From: a virus
Taxonomy: Duplodnaviria > Heunggongvirae > Uroviricota > Caudoviricetes
Strand: one strand, 5' to 3'
IMG/VR virus record: IMGVR_UViG_2795385955_000003
Length of the DNA stretch: 64,000 bases
Position 1 is the stretch's first letter. Each line of letters opens with the position of its first letter. The position numbers and the translations under genes were made by a program. Shown here piece after piece: positions 45,553-56,217 of the stretch. Under the pieces are notes generated by a model that was given only the letters and a program-made list of their open reading frames with translations, was not told where the DNA came from and searched no databases.

Positions 45553-46433
45553 CCACCAACACCATTCGCGCCGAACGCGACAACCGCAAGGACGTCTGGG
45601 AGCACCGCCGGACATCCTCGTTCGAAGTCCGCGAGGACTGCGACACCATCACCCTCACCGGGTACGCGTCGACGTTCGAGCCGTACGAGATGTACGGCGG
45701 CCCCGACGCTGGCGGCTGGATCGAGCAGCTGGACAGGGCCGCTTTCACCAACACCCTCCGTGAGAAGCCGGACCTCCACCTGCTGATCAACCACGAGGGC
45801 ATGCCGCTTGCGCGCACCAAGTCCGACACTCTCCAGCTAGGCGTCGACCGGCACGGCCTCAAGGTCACAGCCCAGCTCGACCGGTCCGACCCCGACGTAC
45901 AACGGCTGGAGCCGAAGATGCGCCGCGGGGACATGGACGAGATGTCCTTCGCTTTCCGCGTGAAGGGCCAGAAGTGGGAGTGCACCGAGGAATTCCCGGA
46001 GGACAACTACGCCCTGCGCACCATCACTGAGGTCTCGCTGCACAAGGGAGATGTGTCCGTGGTCAACTTCGGCGCCAACCCCACCACCAGCGCCGAACTC
46101 AAGTCAGTCGACCAGGCCCTCGCGTTCCTGGCCGACTGCGACCCCGGCGCGCTCGCTGAAATCCGATCCGACGGGGAACTTCTCCGCCGAGCACGCGCCG
46201 TCCTGAACTCCCTCGGCAGCATCGACAAGGTTGCCGCGGTGCAGGCGGCCCATACCACTGCCCGCGCCGCCGCAGACGCTGCGTCTGCCGCAGCCCAGGT
46301 TCTGCAATCTCGGTCCGAGGATGACGCCCCCAAGGGCATGTCGCTGCGAGAGGCCATGGCCCGCCAGGGCTTTGCGTCTGAGGACGGCTCCGTGCTGTCC
46401 CTCAACGACGCGCTCGCAGTCATCGACCGGTAA
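45549..46433 (+). CDS. prohead protease (HK97 family)
   Basis: Order portal-protease-capsid. Ser-protease-like N-terminal region. Confidence 0.65.
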   Translation: MTTNTIRAERDNRKDVWEHRRTSSFEVREDCDTITLTGYASTFEPYEMYGGPDAGGWIEQLDRAAFTNTLREKPDLHLLINHEGMPLARTKSDTLQLGVDRHGLKVTAQLDRSDPDVQRLEPKMRRGDMDEMSFAFRVKGQKWECTEEFPEDNYALRTITEVSLHKGDVSVVNFGANPTTSAELKSVDQALAFLADCDPGALAEIRSDGELLRRARAVLNSLGSIDKVAAVQAAHTTARAAADAASAAAQVLQSRSEDDAPKGMSLREAMARQGFASEDGSVLSLNDALAVIDR

Positions 46434-46622
46434 CACCCGGCGCCAGTAGGCGCCCCACAAATTCCACCCGACGCACCAACCGCAAGGCCCCCGGCACCCC
46501 GGGGGCCTTTTTCGTGCGCCGGGTCGAACGGCCTGCCCCTGCTCGGGGCCGCCGGTGCCCAGCTCGGGCCGCCCACCAAATCGAAACGCCCACAAGGGCA
46601 TACACGAAAGGAACGAACCTCA

Positions 46623-48017
46623 ATGACTGAGTCTGTTGAGGAAGCACGCATCAAGCGGCTGGGTTCGCTGCGTGCCACGGCCGAGTCCGAGCTGGAGACC
46701 CTCGTGGCACAGCGGACGGCCATCACCGAAATCGTCAAGGAAGAGGCCCGTGAGGACCTCACCCCTGAGGAAGACGTCGATTTCCGCGCGAAGTCGGCCG
46801 CGATCAAGGCGAAGCAGGGTGAGATCGCGGGCTACAACGAGCGCATCCAGGAGCTGTCCGACGAGATCGAGCGGTCCGGGAAGCTGAACGACGAGGCCGC
46901 CAAGGTCCGTCGCGCACAGGCCCGGGTCGAGTCGGTCAAGGAAGCAGCCGCCTACGCCAAGGGCAACGGCCGGTCCTACCTCCAGGACCTCATGCGGGTC
47001 CAGCGGAACATGGACCCCAACGGCAAGAGCCTGGAACGGCTCCAGCGTCACGCCCAGGACGTCGCCAGCGACTCCGAGTACCGCGACCTGGACCGTACCG
47101 ACGGCAACGGCGGCTACTTCGTGCCCCCGGCCTGGCTGGTCAACCAGTACGTGCCCCTGGCGCGCGCTGGCCGCGCCTACGCCAACCTGGTCACCTCCCA
47201 GCCGCTGCCGTCTGGCACCGACAGCATCAACATCCCCAAGGTCACCGCGGGGACCGCGACTGCTGTACAGACGGCCGATAACGCGGCCGTCGCCGAGCAG
47301 GACCTCGACGACAACTTCATCGAGGCCAAGGTCCGGACCGTCGCCGGTCAGCAGGACGTCGCCATCCAGCTCCTGGATCAGTCGCCCGTCAACTTCGACG
47401 AGGTCGTCTTCCAGGATCTGATCGCGGACTTCGGCACCAAGCTGGACCTCCAGGTCCTTGCAGGTTCCGGGGCCAGTGGCCAGGTGCTGGGTGTCCACGG
47501 CACCCCGGGCATCGGCACCATCGCCATTACCGCGCTGACGGTGGCCTCGTTCTACGCGGCCATCGCCGACGCTATCCAGCGGGTACACACCAGCCGATTC
47601 CTGCCCCCGACGCACATCGTGATGCACCCCCGCCGTTGGGGCTGGCTCACCGCGTCGCTGGACGGCGACCAGCGCCCGCTCGTGCTGCCTGCGGCCAACG
47701 CGCCGCAGAACGCCCTCGCCACCTTGGACGCCGTCGCGTCCCAGCAGGTGGTCGGCCAGCTCCAGGGCCTGCCGGTGGTGACCGACCCCAACATCGGCAC
47801 CGCGTACGGCACCGGCACCAACGAGGACGTTGTGTACGTGCAGCGCTCCGCGGACCTGCTGCTGTTCGAGTCGGGTATCCGTACCCGCACCCTGCCGGAG
47901 CCGGGCGCGAAGAACCTGACGGTGTGCCTCCAGGTGTACGGCTACCTGGCCTTCACCGCCGGGCGCTACCCGCAGTCCGTGGTCGAGATCGGCGGACTGA
48001 CCCCGCCCGCTTTCTGA
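46623..48017 (+). CDS. major capsid protein (HK97 fold) with N-terminal coiled-coil delta domain
   Basis: N-terminal ~110-aa coiled coil then capsid domain. Position. Confidence 0.75.
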   Translation: MTESVEEARIKRLGSLRATAESELETLVAQRTAITEIVKEEAREDLTPEEDVDFRAKSAAIKAKQGEIAGYNERIQELSDEIERSGKLNDEAAKVRRAQARVESVKEAAAYAKGNGRSYLQDLMRVQRNMDPNGKSLERLQRHAQDVASDSEYRDLDRTDGNGGYFVPPAWLVNQYVPLARAGRAYANLVTSQPLPSGTDSINIPKVTAGTATAVQTADNAAVAEQDLDDNFIEAKVRTVAGQQDVAIQLLDQSPVNFDEVVFQDLIADFGTKLDLQVLAGSGASGQVLGVHGTPGIGTIAITALTVASFYAAIADAIQRVHTSRFLPPTHIVMHPRRWGWLTASLDGDQRPLVLPAANAPQNALATLDAVASQQVVGQLQGLPVVTDPNIGTAYGTGTNEDVVYVQRSADLLLFESGIRTRTLPEPGAKNLTVCLQVYGYLAFTAGRYPQSVVEIGGLTPPAF

Positions 48018-48106
48018 CCCACCGCTAGGCCACCCACCGCCCCGTAACCCGGGCGGTGGGTGCGCCCAGCACCACGACACCACAACAACAGAGGAGCCGA
48101 AATCCC

Positions 48107-48436
48107 ATGGCACTAAAGAAGCGCGACGCCGTCGCCGACACCGTCGCCGCACTGGAGACCAAGCGCGAGCTGCTGGCGTCCCTCGGCGAAGACACGTCTG
48201 CCATCGACGCCAAGCTCGCCGAGTGGCGCGCCGACGATGACGTCGTCGTTGATATCACCCCGCCGGTCGAGAACAAGGTCGCCCCCGCGGCGCCGGAGAA
48301 GGCAACCCCGCCCGCATCTGACAACGCAGCCGCCAAGCCCACCAAGGCAACCGCCGCCAAGTCAGAACCCGCACCGGCACAGGCGAAGACCGAGGAGACC
48401 AAGGCCGCTAATGGCGGACCTGGTAACGACAACTGA
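48107..48436 (+). CDS. hypothetical head-associated protein (Ala/Pro-rich)
   Basis: RBS gaggagccga. Confidence 0.4.
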   Translation: MALKKRDAVADTVAALETKRELLASLGEDTSAIDAKLAEWRADDDVVVDITPPVENKVAPAAPEKATPPASDNAAAKPTKATAAKSEPAPAQAKTEETKAANGGPGNDN

Positions 48437-48965
48437 CCTCGGCAAGTTCGAGGCCGGTGACCCGCAGTGGTTCCTCGACACCGCTGAATCGGCGGTGCGT
48501 GACTACTGCGACTGGCACATCGCACCGTCTCGCCGCGAGGTGGATCGCCGATGCGAGATAGGGGAGCGCGGCATCATCATGCTGCACTCCCTGCATGTCA
48601 CCGATGTCGAGTCCGTGAAGGTCGACGGCCAGGTGCTCGAACCAGACGAATACGACTGGGACGAGGCGGGATTCATCACACGGACCCGCACCACCTGGCC
48701 GCGCGGCCGGTACTGGCCAGTGTTCGGGCTGCCCTCACCGCGCTACGCCTACGTCACCTTCACTCACGGCTACCCGGAGGTACCGCTGGCCGTGAAGGCG
48801 GTAATCCTGGAGTTGGCGTCCAGCGGCATCGAGCTGCCGTCATCGGTAGCCACCGAGGCCACCGGCGGCCCGTTCCGCATCAAGTTCAAGGGCACGGCGG
48901 GCCTGTCGCTCAACGACGACCACCGGTCCCGGCTGGCCGACTACCGCATCCAGGCCATCGCGTGA
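48411..48965 (+). CDS. head-tail connector (gp6-like)
   Basis: Position and size. Confidence 0.45.
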   Translation: MADLVTTTDLGKFEAGDPQWFLDTAESAVRDYCDWHIAPSRREVDRRCEIGERGIIMLHSLHVTDVESVKVDGQVLEPDEYDWDEAGFITRTRTTWPRGRYWPVFGLPSPRYAYVTFTHGYPEVPLAVKAVILELASSGIELPSSVATEATGGPFRIKFKGTAGLSLNDDHRSRLADYRIQAIA

Positions 48966-49339
48966 GCATCTTCCCCGAGCCCTACGACATCGCGCACTAC
49001 CCGTACAGCGCGACAGCGGGAAAGAACGCACACGGCAACACCATTGGCGGCGTGGCGCAGACCCCGACAACCCGGCGGGCCATGGCCTTCTACCCCCGCG
49101 GTGAACGCGCCGCCGACAGAGTCGAGCCGGTAGCACCGGAGTACGTGGCCCGGCACATCGCCGAGCTGACAATGCTGGTGAAAGACCCAACGGTCTACAA
49201 AACCCAGGACCAGGTCGACATCCACGGCGCCCGCTTCGATGTCGTCGGCATGGGAGCTGACGGTGACTGGCGCAACGGGCCGTGGCGGAAGTACTCGCAG
49301 ATGTTCGGCGGGGAAATCTCCCTCAAGCGAGTCGGCTAG
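48962..49339 (+). CDS. head-tail adaptor / head closure protein
   Basis: Position. GTG coupled. Confidence 0.45.
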   Translation: MSIFPEPYDIAHYPYSATAGKNAHGNTIGGVAQTPTTRRAMAFYPRGERAADRVEPVAPEYVARHIAELTMLVKDPTVYKTQDQVDIHGARFDVVGMGADGDWRNGPWRKYSQMFGGEISLKRVG

Positions 49340-49587
49340 TGGCCGTACGCATCAAGTACAACATGGCAGGGTTCCGCAAGATCCGACACGCATACGGGGA
49401 GTACGTCGAGCAGATCGCCCGGCAGGCAGCCGAAGGACTACCAGACGGCTACACCATTGTCGTGCAACGCGATCCGAATACGCAGCGTCCGCGTATCTTC
49501 ATCGTCGCCGCATCCCATGCAGCCCGCCGCGACGACGCCGCCAACTCACGGCTCCTCAAACTGATCGCTGGATTACGGGGCCGCTGA
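49339..49587 (+). CDS. tail completion protein (gp10-like)
   Basis: Position. Confidence 0.4.
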   Translation: MAVRIKYNMAGFRKIRHAYGEYVEQIARQAAEGLPDGYTIVVQRDPNTQRPRIFIVAASHAARRDDAANSRLLKLIAGLRGR

Positions 49588-50024
49588 TGCCCGCCCTATA
49601 CCCGGCCATGCTGCCCGCCGACATGGTGGCCCTTGCCGTCACCTACCTGACACCCCAACCCGCCCTGACGGTTCCAGTCGGCTCCAAACTGCCGCCCACC
49701 CGCACCGACACCACGCTGCCCGACGGATTCCTGCGAGTCGAGTTCGGCGGCGGCTCCCGCGCCAACCTCCTCGAATGGGACCTCGACCTCATCCTGTTCG
49801 GCTATCACCCCGATGAGGTTGAAGCGTCGACTATCTCGCGGACCGCGACAGCACTCATGGACGCCGCGACTGGCCTCACCATCGACACCTGGTACGTCGT
49901 CTGGGCACGCGCCACGAGCCTGACACACGAGTCGAAGGACCCGAACGTGGCGACACCCCGGTACCGGTCGATGGTCACCTGGCGCGTCCAGGGCCAACCC
50001 ATCGGCTCACCCATCACCCCATAA
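49587..50024 (+). CDS. tail terminator protein
   Basis: Position before major tail protein. Confidence 0.45.
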   Translation: MPALYPAMLPADMVALAVTYLTPQPALTVPVGSKLPPTRTDTTLPDGFLRVEFGGGSRANLLEWDLDLILFGYHPDEVEASTISRTATALMDAATGLTIDTWYVVWARATSLTHESKDPNVATPRYRSMVTWRVQGQPIGSPITP

Positions 50025-50100
50025 CTCACCGCCCCCGCGCGGGAGATCAGGCCGTCCCGTCCGGGGCGGCCTTTCGCATATCACGAGAGGAAAGCCCCGC

Positions 50101-50682
50101 ATGGCTCTCAACAATGTGCTGGAGCTGGCCGCCCCGTCCCCGCGGGTCACCGGCGGCGTCCTGCGTGCACCGGTCGGCACCACCCTGCCGACCACCGCTA
50201 TCGGCGCCCCCGCCGTGGCCTTCAACAACCTTGGCCACGTCGGTAAGGACGGCCTGGAACGCACCGAAGACCGGTCGAACCAGGAAGAGTACAACTGGGG
50301 CGGCGACCTAGTCGCGGTGCTCCAGGAAAAGTACGGCCTGGAAATCAAGTTCAAGCTGCTCCAGGTCATGAACGCCGACGTGCAGAAGGCCGTGCACGGT
50401 GCGTCCAACGTCACCGTCACCCCCGCCAGCACCACGTCCGGCACGGAGATCAAGGCCGAACTGAACGCCAAGCTCCTGGACACGGGCGCATGGATTTTCG
50501 ACGGCTTCTACAACCTGATCTCCATGCGCCTGGTCATCCCGATCGGTCGTATCACCGCCGTCGCGCCCATCAAGTGGACGCACTCCGAGCTGGCGGCCTA
50601 CGAGTGCACGCTCAAGCCGTTCCCCGACGCCGACGGTAACCACGGCTACCAGTACTGGAACGACGGCGTGGTGACGATTTGA
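50101..50682 (+). CDS. major tail protein
   Basis: Position. Strong RBS gagaggaaag. Confidence 0.6.
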   Translation: MALNNVLELAAPSPRVTGGVLRAPVGTTLPTTAIGAPAVAFNNLGHVGKDGLERTEDRSNQEEYNWGGDLVAVLQEKYGLEIKFKLLQVMNADVQKAVHGASNVTVTPASTTSGTEIKAELNAKLLDTGAWIFDGFYNLISMRLVIPIGRITAVAPIKWTHSELAAYECTLKPFPDADGNHGYQYWNDGVVTI

Positions 50683-51077
50683 GCACCACCACCGCGCGCA
50701 AGGCATCGCCCCGCAAGACGGGTGCGAAGAAGGCAACCGCACCAGCGGCAGCCGACGCACCGGTGGACGAGACGAAGGAGGCCCCCGCTCCGGCGGGGGC
50801 ACCTTCTCCGTACCCCGACGGAACGGCCCTGTTCGAATTCACGACCAGCGGCGGGTATGTCGTCCAGTTTCCGAAGTACTCGGAGATCACGCCGCCTACC
50901 CGCCAATTCTGGTGGGCGCTATACCAACTGGACGAGACCTTCCAGGCGTTCGAGTGGATGGACTGGGCAGGAGTGCCCAAGGAAATCCAGCTCCGCGTCG
51001 TCGGCCTCGACGATGACGAGTACAAGGCTGTCTTCGACGCCTGGTTCGCCGACTCGAAACTGACCGCGGGGGAATAG
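50679..51077 (+). CDS. tail assembly chaperone G
   Basis: Between major tail and tape measure genes. -1 frame stays open to 51511. Confidence 0.55.
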   Translation: MSTTTARKASPRKTGAKKATAPAAADAPVDETKEAPAPAGAPSPYPDGTALFEFTTSGGYVVQFPKYSEITPPTRQFWWALYQLDETFQAFEWMDWAGVPKEIQLRVVGLDDDEYKAVFDAWFADSKLTAGE

Positions 51078-51511
51078 GTGCGCTCACCCGGGCCATCGGC
51101 CAGCACTGGCACGCGGTCGAGCGCGACCTGATATCGCTAGACAAGGACTCCGATTTCGACGACCAGCGGCTGCCTGTGGCCAAGCTCGGGTCCATCGTGC
51201 TGGCCGCGCCCCCCGGCACCGCGGTCTACTACGCCATCCACGGCGGGTGGACCCGGGAGTCTCACCTGCTAGCTGCCCAGATGGAGCAGCACGCGGGCCT
51301 GGTCACCATGCCCCAGCGCATCGCCCGCGAGGGCGTCGACCCGAACACCCCTGTACCGCAACCTGAGCGGCCGGTGGGACCCCCACCGCCAGGGCTACTC
51401 ACCTGCGACGAGATGCCACTTGAGGAATTCGAGCGGCTACGCGCAGCCAACTACGCGCTGGGCGAGTCCCCCGGTCGCGTCATCGGAATGAAGAAAGGAG
51501 TAACCGGTTGA
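50679..51511 (+). CDS. tail assembly chaperone G-T fusion via programmed -1 frameshift near GCGGGGGAA (~51065-51073)
   Basis: -1 frame open from inside G through 51511 with no start of its own. Canonical G/GT synteny. Confidence 0.45.
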
Positions 51512-54500
51512 GTCCAGCAGTCGCCGCCGTTGAACTGGCGCAAGTATGGGTGCCACTCATGCCCGAGGCGTCTGGCCTCGCCGCGGGCGTCGAACGCATC
51601 GGCCGCGACGCGGAACGCCGCTTCGGTCGTGCCACCCGCACCATGGGCGCCGACATGGCCCGCAACCTTGCCGCCAGCGGCAAGTCGGCGGTCGACGCAC
51701 TCCGCCAGGTCGAACGTGCGGAGAAGGCACTCGCGACTGCGAAGAAGGCAGACGCGGACGCCACTGGCCGCCTCACCGTCGCCCAGACACGACTCAACGA
51801 ACTCAACGAGAAGGGCAGGGCCACAGCCACACAGCGGGCCACCGCCGAGGAAGGAGTGGCGCGGGCGCGACGCGCGCAGGAACTGTCGACACAGAATCTG
51901 ACCCGCGCCACCCGGGACCTGGAGCGTGCCCAGAAGGCGCAGTCGCAGGCGTCTAGTCAGGTCAAGATGCCGTTCGGTGCCGGGCTGATTATGCGGGCCG
52001 AGGCGTACGGATCGGACTCCGGCGCCCGCTTCGCGCAGGGCTTCCAGCGCGCCCTCAACACCGGCGCCGCGCTCGCTGTCGGCGGAGGCTTCATCGCCGC
52101 CGTCAAAGGTGTTGTAGACACTGGACTCTCATTCGACTCCGCGCTCAACGTCATGCAGGGCGTCACCAGCGCCACGGCCGACCAGATGACACTCATCCGC
52201 CAACGGGCACGGGAACTAGGTGCCGACACCACACTGGCCGGGGTATCGGCTACCGATGCCGCCCAGGCAATGAACGAGTTGGCCAAGGGCGGCCTCAACG
52301 TCCAGCAGTCCATGGAAGCGGTCCGCGGCACGTTAGAGCTGGCAACGGCTGCCGAGATCAGCGCCACCGAGGCCGCGAAAGTCCAGTCGAGCGTTCTCAA
52401 CGCATTTGACCTCAAGCCCGAGGCAGCAGGACACGTCGCCGACCTGCTCGCTAACGTCGCCAACGCCACACAGGGCGAAATACCCGAATTTGCACTAGGA
52501 CTCCAGCAGGCGTCCGCAGTAGCCAAGACGTTCGGGCTCTCTGTCGACGACACCGTCGCCGCCTTGGGTATGTTCGCCAAGGCCGGTATCCGTGGCTCTG
52601 ACGCGGGCACCTTGATGAAGACCTCCATGCAGGCCATCACCGACACCGGTAACCCCGCGCAGGGCGCCATCCAGGAACTCGGACTCACCCTCTACGACAC
52701 ACACGGCAAGTTCGTCGGATACCGCGAAATGCTCCGCCAGGTCGGCGAGGCATCAAAGCGTATGACGGACGAACAGTTCCAGGCCAACACAAACATATTG
52801 TTTGGATCTGACGCCATGCGGGCCGCCGCAATCGCTGGAGACCGTGGCGTTGGCGCCTTCGACGAGGTTGCGAACGCACTGCAACGCGTTGGGGGCGCCC
52901 ATGACATGGCCGCCGCCCGCATGCAGGGACTTCCGGGTGTCGTCGAAGGACTCAAGAACACCGCCGAAGGCGCGAGACTGGCGCTGTACGACCTGGTTTC
53001 GCCGTCTTTGCAGTCGGCCGGTAGGGGGATGACCGGCTGGCTGGACAAGGCAGCCGACGCCATGCGTGACCTCAGGACCGGCGGTGGCGGCAGCGGTACC
53101 GCGGTCGATCAGATCCGGCAGGGCTGGCGCGACATCTCCAGCGCCGCCAAGGACCTGGCGCCCTCTCTCGCTGCCGCGTCCAAGGCCATCGCAATGGGTG
53201 CTGGAGCAACTGCCGTAGCAGGTTGGCGTGCACTAGGTTTCGCCATGCAGGCGTTGGAGCCGCCGCTGAAACTGGTAGCCGACATCCTCGGCAACAACCA
53301 GTGGCTCACCACCGGCCTCGTCGCTGTCCTCACCGCCCTCTACCTCAAGTCCAAGCTGACCGGCCCTGCCCTACAGGTTGCCGCCAAGGCCACCCAGGCA
53401 TGGGGCACCGCCTTCGCGGGATGGCGTACCCCCGCCGCACAGGCACAGCAAGCCATGGAGAACGCGACACGCGCTGCTGGCGAATCGACACGCGCACAAC
53501 GCGGATGGGTCACGCAGATGCGGGACAGCTACAACCAGGCTGCCGACCGGTCCCTGTTCTTCTCCCGCACCGCAGGAACCGCCGGGGCGGCCATGACCGG
53601 CATGAAGCTCGCCGGGTCCGGGGTCCTGTCCATGCTCGGCGGCCCGTGGGGCATCGCCGCCGCCGGTGTCGGCATCGCTATGGGCATGATCGCCGACGCC
53701 CACCAGAAGGCCGCGCAGAAGGCGCAGGAGCAGAAGCAGGCCGAAGAGGAATTGCGCGCCACCCTGGACCAGGACACCGGTCGCGTCACCGACGAAACCC
53801 GTAGGAAGGCCGCCGAGCGGTTCGGCAAGGAAGACCCCTACAAGACCACCGACATCGGGCGCGCCAAGGGCCTAGGAATCGACCCAAACATGTTGGTAGA
53901 TGCTGCAACTGGAACAGGCAACGCGCAGGCGTACGACATCATCAAGAAGCTGGCGCTAGACAAGGGCGTCCGGGAGGGCCTGGACAAGGTCTCCATCACC
54001 GGAGCAGGCGGCACGAAGCTGGACTGGAAGGTCATCCAGCAGCAGTACCAGGCCATGGGGGTGTCATCCGACGAGCTGTACAACGCGCTCCTCAAGGAGG
54101 GCAACGGCTGGGACACCGTCAACGAGAAGATCGCAAAATACCGCACGGCCAACCCCGGCGACCAGAACATCGTTGGACTGCAACAGATTATCGACGCCAT
54201 GCCCGACGCCAATGAGTCGCTTATCACGCTAACTCAGAACGTCAACGAGCAGCGACGCGAGACGGACAAAGGCGCACAGTCGTTGCGGGACATGGCACAA
54301 GCCCAGTACGGCTTGTGGAAGCCAACCGAGGAAGGCACCGCCAGGTTCAAGGAACTCGGCGCCGCCATCGTGTCGGTGCCCAACAACAAGTCGATAGACC
54401 TCAAGGTCGACCCGGCGAAGTACGACGAGACGAAGAAGAAACTCGAAGAACTCGGGTACACCGTCACGCAGCTGCCCGGCGGAATCGTAAAGGTCACCGC

Positions 54501-56217
54501 CGCAACCGATGAGGCGCAGAAGCGTTTCAACGACCTGGTGTACAAGGTCAACAACACGACCGCCACCCTTCCCATCGACCTCAAACTGGCCAACTCACTC
54601 GGCGCGATTCTGCCGCCCGGATTGCAGGGCGTATTCAGCGCAGCCACCCTCGCCGGGCAGATACCCGGCCGCGCCTCCGGTGGACATGTCGACAGCCGCG
54701 GCGTCATCAGCGGCCCAGGGACGGGCACCAGCGACTCCATCCTCGCCCGCGTAATAGGCGGTGGCGCAGGGGGATTCATCAGAGTATCGAACCAAGAGTC
54801 GATCAACACTGCGCAGTCCACACGCGACAACATGCCGCTCATCAACGCCATGAACCGCGGCTGGGTACCGTCCGCCAACTTCCTGCGAATCCTCACCGGC
54901 ATACCCGGATACGCGGGCGGAGGCCCCGTCTCAATCGAAGATGCAGCCAACGACATGGCAGGCGCGCCCTACGTACGCGGCGGCCACAGCCCATCCGGCA
55001 CCGACTGCTCCGGCGCCGCGTCCGTCCTCGTCAACGCCGCCGTCGGCCAGCCTCTCTATGGGGAACGGATGGCGACAGGTAATGCAGCCGATTGGCTCGC
55101 CGCACGCGGCGCCATCATGGGCCGCGGACCAGCAGGCACCCTCCGGGTCGGATGGAAGAACGGCGGTCCCGGCGGCGGCCACATGGCCGTCACGCTGCCC
55201 GACGGCCGCAACGCCGAATCCGGTGGCAGCGTAGGCAAGTTCACCGTCGGTGCCGGTGCCGCAGGCGCCGACGACCCCCAGTTCACCAACCAGGCGTACA
55301 TCCCCGTCAACGCCATGTACCCCGACGGCTGGCCCAGCGGCGCAGCAGGCGGCGGCTACAGCATGTACGGCTCCGGCAGCGGAGGAGGCGGGGGTGGCGG
55401 ATACGGCGGTGGGGGAAGCGGTGGGGGCGGTGCATCCCCCGCACAGCGACGCCAACTGCGCGACGCAGAGCAGAAGGTCCAGGACAAGCAGTTCGACATC
55501 GAACAGGCCCAACGGAAGCTCGACGAACTACAGAGCAAGAAGAACGTGAAGCCGTCCGAGCAGGCAGCCGCCGAGGAGCGGCTATCCCGGGCGCAGCGCG
55601 AGCACAAGGACGCGCTGGACGACCTGGCCACGAAGCAAGAACAAGTCAACGACGCCGACGCCCGGGGCCGCGGCGGACGCAACGGCCAGCAGCCGGGCAG
55701 CGGTCCCGATGGTAAGAGCTTCGCCAAGGACATGATGTCCGGCGCCATGGAGATGCTCGGCCTCGACGGCTCCATCTTCTCCAACCCCATGGAGTGGGGC
55801 ATCTTCAAGCTGTTCACCGGAGGTGCAAACGCCATCGGCGGAATGCTCAAGAACGCATTAGGCGGACCGCAGCAACAGCAGCAGAACCCCTTGGGTACTC
55901 AGGCCCTGCGCAACAACCGCCATGGTCCAGGCGGCGCCCCCGGCCCCGGCAACGGAGGCCTTGGAGAGTTCGACTTCGGCGACGGCGGCATGGGCGTGGT
56001 CGGCGACGCACTCCAGGCGGCGCTCCCACAGGTCGGCGACTTCCTGCCCAACAGCCAGAACCCGGGCGGGAACAACTACACGACCAACCAGAACAGCAAC
56101 AACAGCAACGCCACCGGTGCCGCGTTCTACGGTCCCGTCACCATCAACGACCCAGGAGGTCTGGTGAAGCCGCCCGACCGGATGAACACCCGGATGACGG
56201 GACTGCCTCGGCCGTGA
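51508..56217 (+). CDS. tape measure protein (1569 aa) with NlpC/P60-like peptidoglycan hydrolase motif and Gly-rich repeat
   Basis: Size, coiled coils and TM-like segments. DCSGAASVL...H motif. GGGYGGGGSGGGG tract. Confidence 0.8.
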   Translation: MSPAVAAVELAQVWVPLMPEASGLAAGVERIGRDAERRFGRATRTMGADMARNLAASGKSAVDALRQVERAEKALATAKKADADATGRLTVAQTRLNELNEKGRATATQRATAEEGVARARRAQELSTQNLTRATRDLERAQKAQSQASSQVKMPFGAGLIMRAEAYGSDSGARFAQGFQRALNTGAALAVGGGFIAAVKGVVDTGLSFDSALNVMQGVTSATADQMTLIRQRARELGADTTLAGVSATDAAQAMNELAKGGLNVQQSMEAVRGTLELATAAEISATEAAKVQSSVLNAFDLKPEAAGHVADLLANVANATQGEIPEFALGLQQASAVAKTFGLSVDDTVAALGMFAKAGIRGSDAGTLMKTSMQAITDTGNPAQGAIQELGLTLYDTHGKFVGYREMLRQVGEASKRMTDEQFQANTNILFGSDAMRAAAIAGDRGVGAFDEVANALQRVGGAHDMAAARMQGLPGVVEGLKNTAEGARLALYDLVSPSLQSAGRGMTGWLDKAADAMRDLRTGGGGSGTAVDQIRQGWRDISSAAKDLAPSLAAASKAIAMGAGATAVAGWRALGFAMQALEPPLKLVADILGNNQWLTTGLVAVLTALYLKSKLTGPALQVAAKATQAWGTAFAGWRTPAAQAQQAMENATRAAGESTRAQRGWVTQMRDSYNQAADRSLFFSRTAGTAGAAMTGMKLAGSGVLSMLGGPWGIAAAGVGIAMGMIADAHQKAAQKAQEQKQAEEELRATLDQDTGRVTDETRRKAAERFGKEDPYKTTDIGRAKGLGIDPNMLVDAATGTGNAQAYDIIKKLALDKGVREGLDKVSITGAGGTKLDWKVIQQQYQAMGVSSDELYNALLKEGNGWDTVNEKIAKYRTANPGDQNIVGLQQIIDAMPDANESLITLTQNVNEQRRETDKGAQSLRDMAQAQYGLWKPTEEGTARFKELGAAIVSVPNNKSIDLKVDPAKYDETKKKLEELGYTVTQLPGGIVKVTAATDEAQKRFNDLVYKVNNTTATLPIDLKLANSLGAILPPGLQGVFSAATLAGQIPGRASGGHVDSRGVISGPGTGTSDSILARVIGGGAGGFIRVSNQESINTAQSTRDNMPLINAMNRGWVPSANFLRILTGIPGYAGGGPVSIEDAANDMAGAPYVRGGHSPSGTDCSGAASVLVNAAVGQPLYGERMATGNAADWLAARGAIMGRGPAGTLRVGWKNGGPGGGHMAVTLPDGRNAESGGSVGKFTVGAGAAGADDPQFTNQAYIPVNAMYPDGWPSGAAGGGYSMYGSGSGGGGGGGYGGGGSGGGGASPAQRRQLRDAEQKVQDKQFDIEQAQRKLDELQSKKNVKPSEQAAAEERLSRAQREHKDALDDLATKQEQVNDADARGRGGRNGQQPGSGPDGKSFAKDMMSGAMEMLGLDGSIFSNPMEWGIFKLFTGGANAIGGMLKNALGGPQQQQQNPLGTQALRNNRHGPGGAPGPGNGGLGEFDFGDGGMGVVGDALQAALPQVGDFLPNSQNPGGNNYTTNQNSNNSNATGAAFYGPVTINDPGGLVKPPDRMNTRMTGLPRP

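Noticed and set aside
46620-48152. 510-aa minus-strand ORF antisense to the capsid gene, plus many other long antisense or alternative-frame ORFs (e.g. 9209-9961, 14393-15391, 23568-24560, 2494-2986 N-terminal extension, 60601-61077 extension)
   Set aside because: Typical high-GC artefacts. They are Arg/Gly/Pro-rich, lack RBS and start context, and overlap well-supported phage genes on the other strand or frame.
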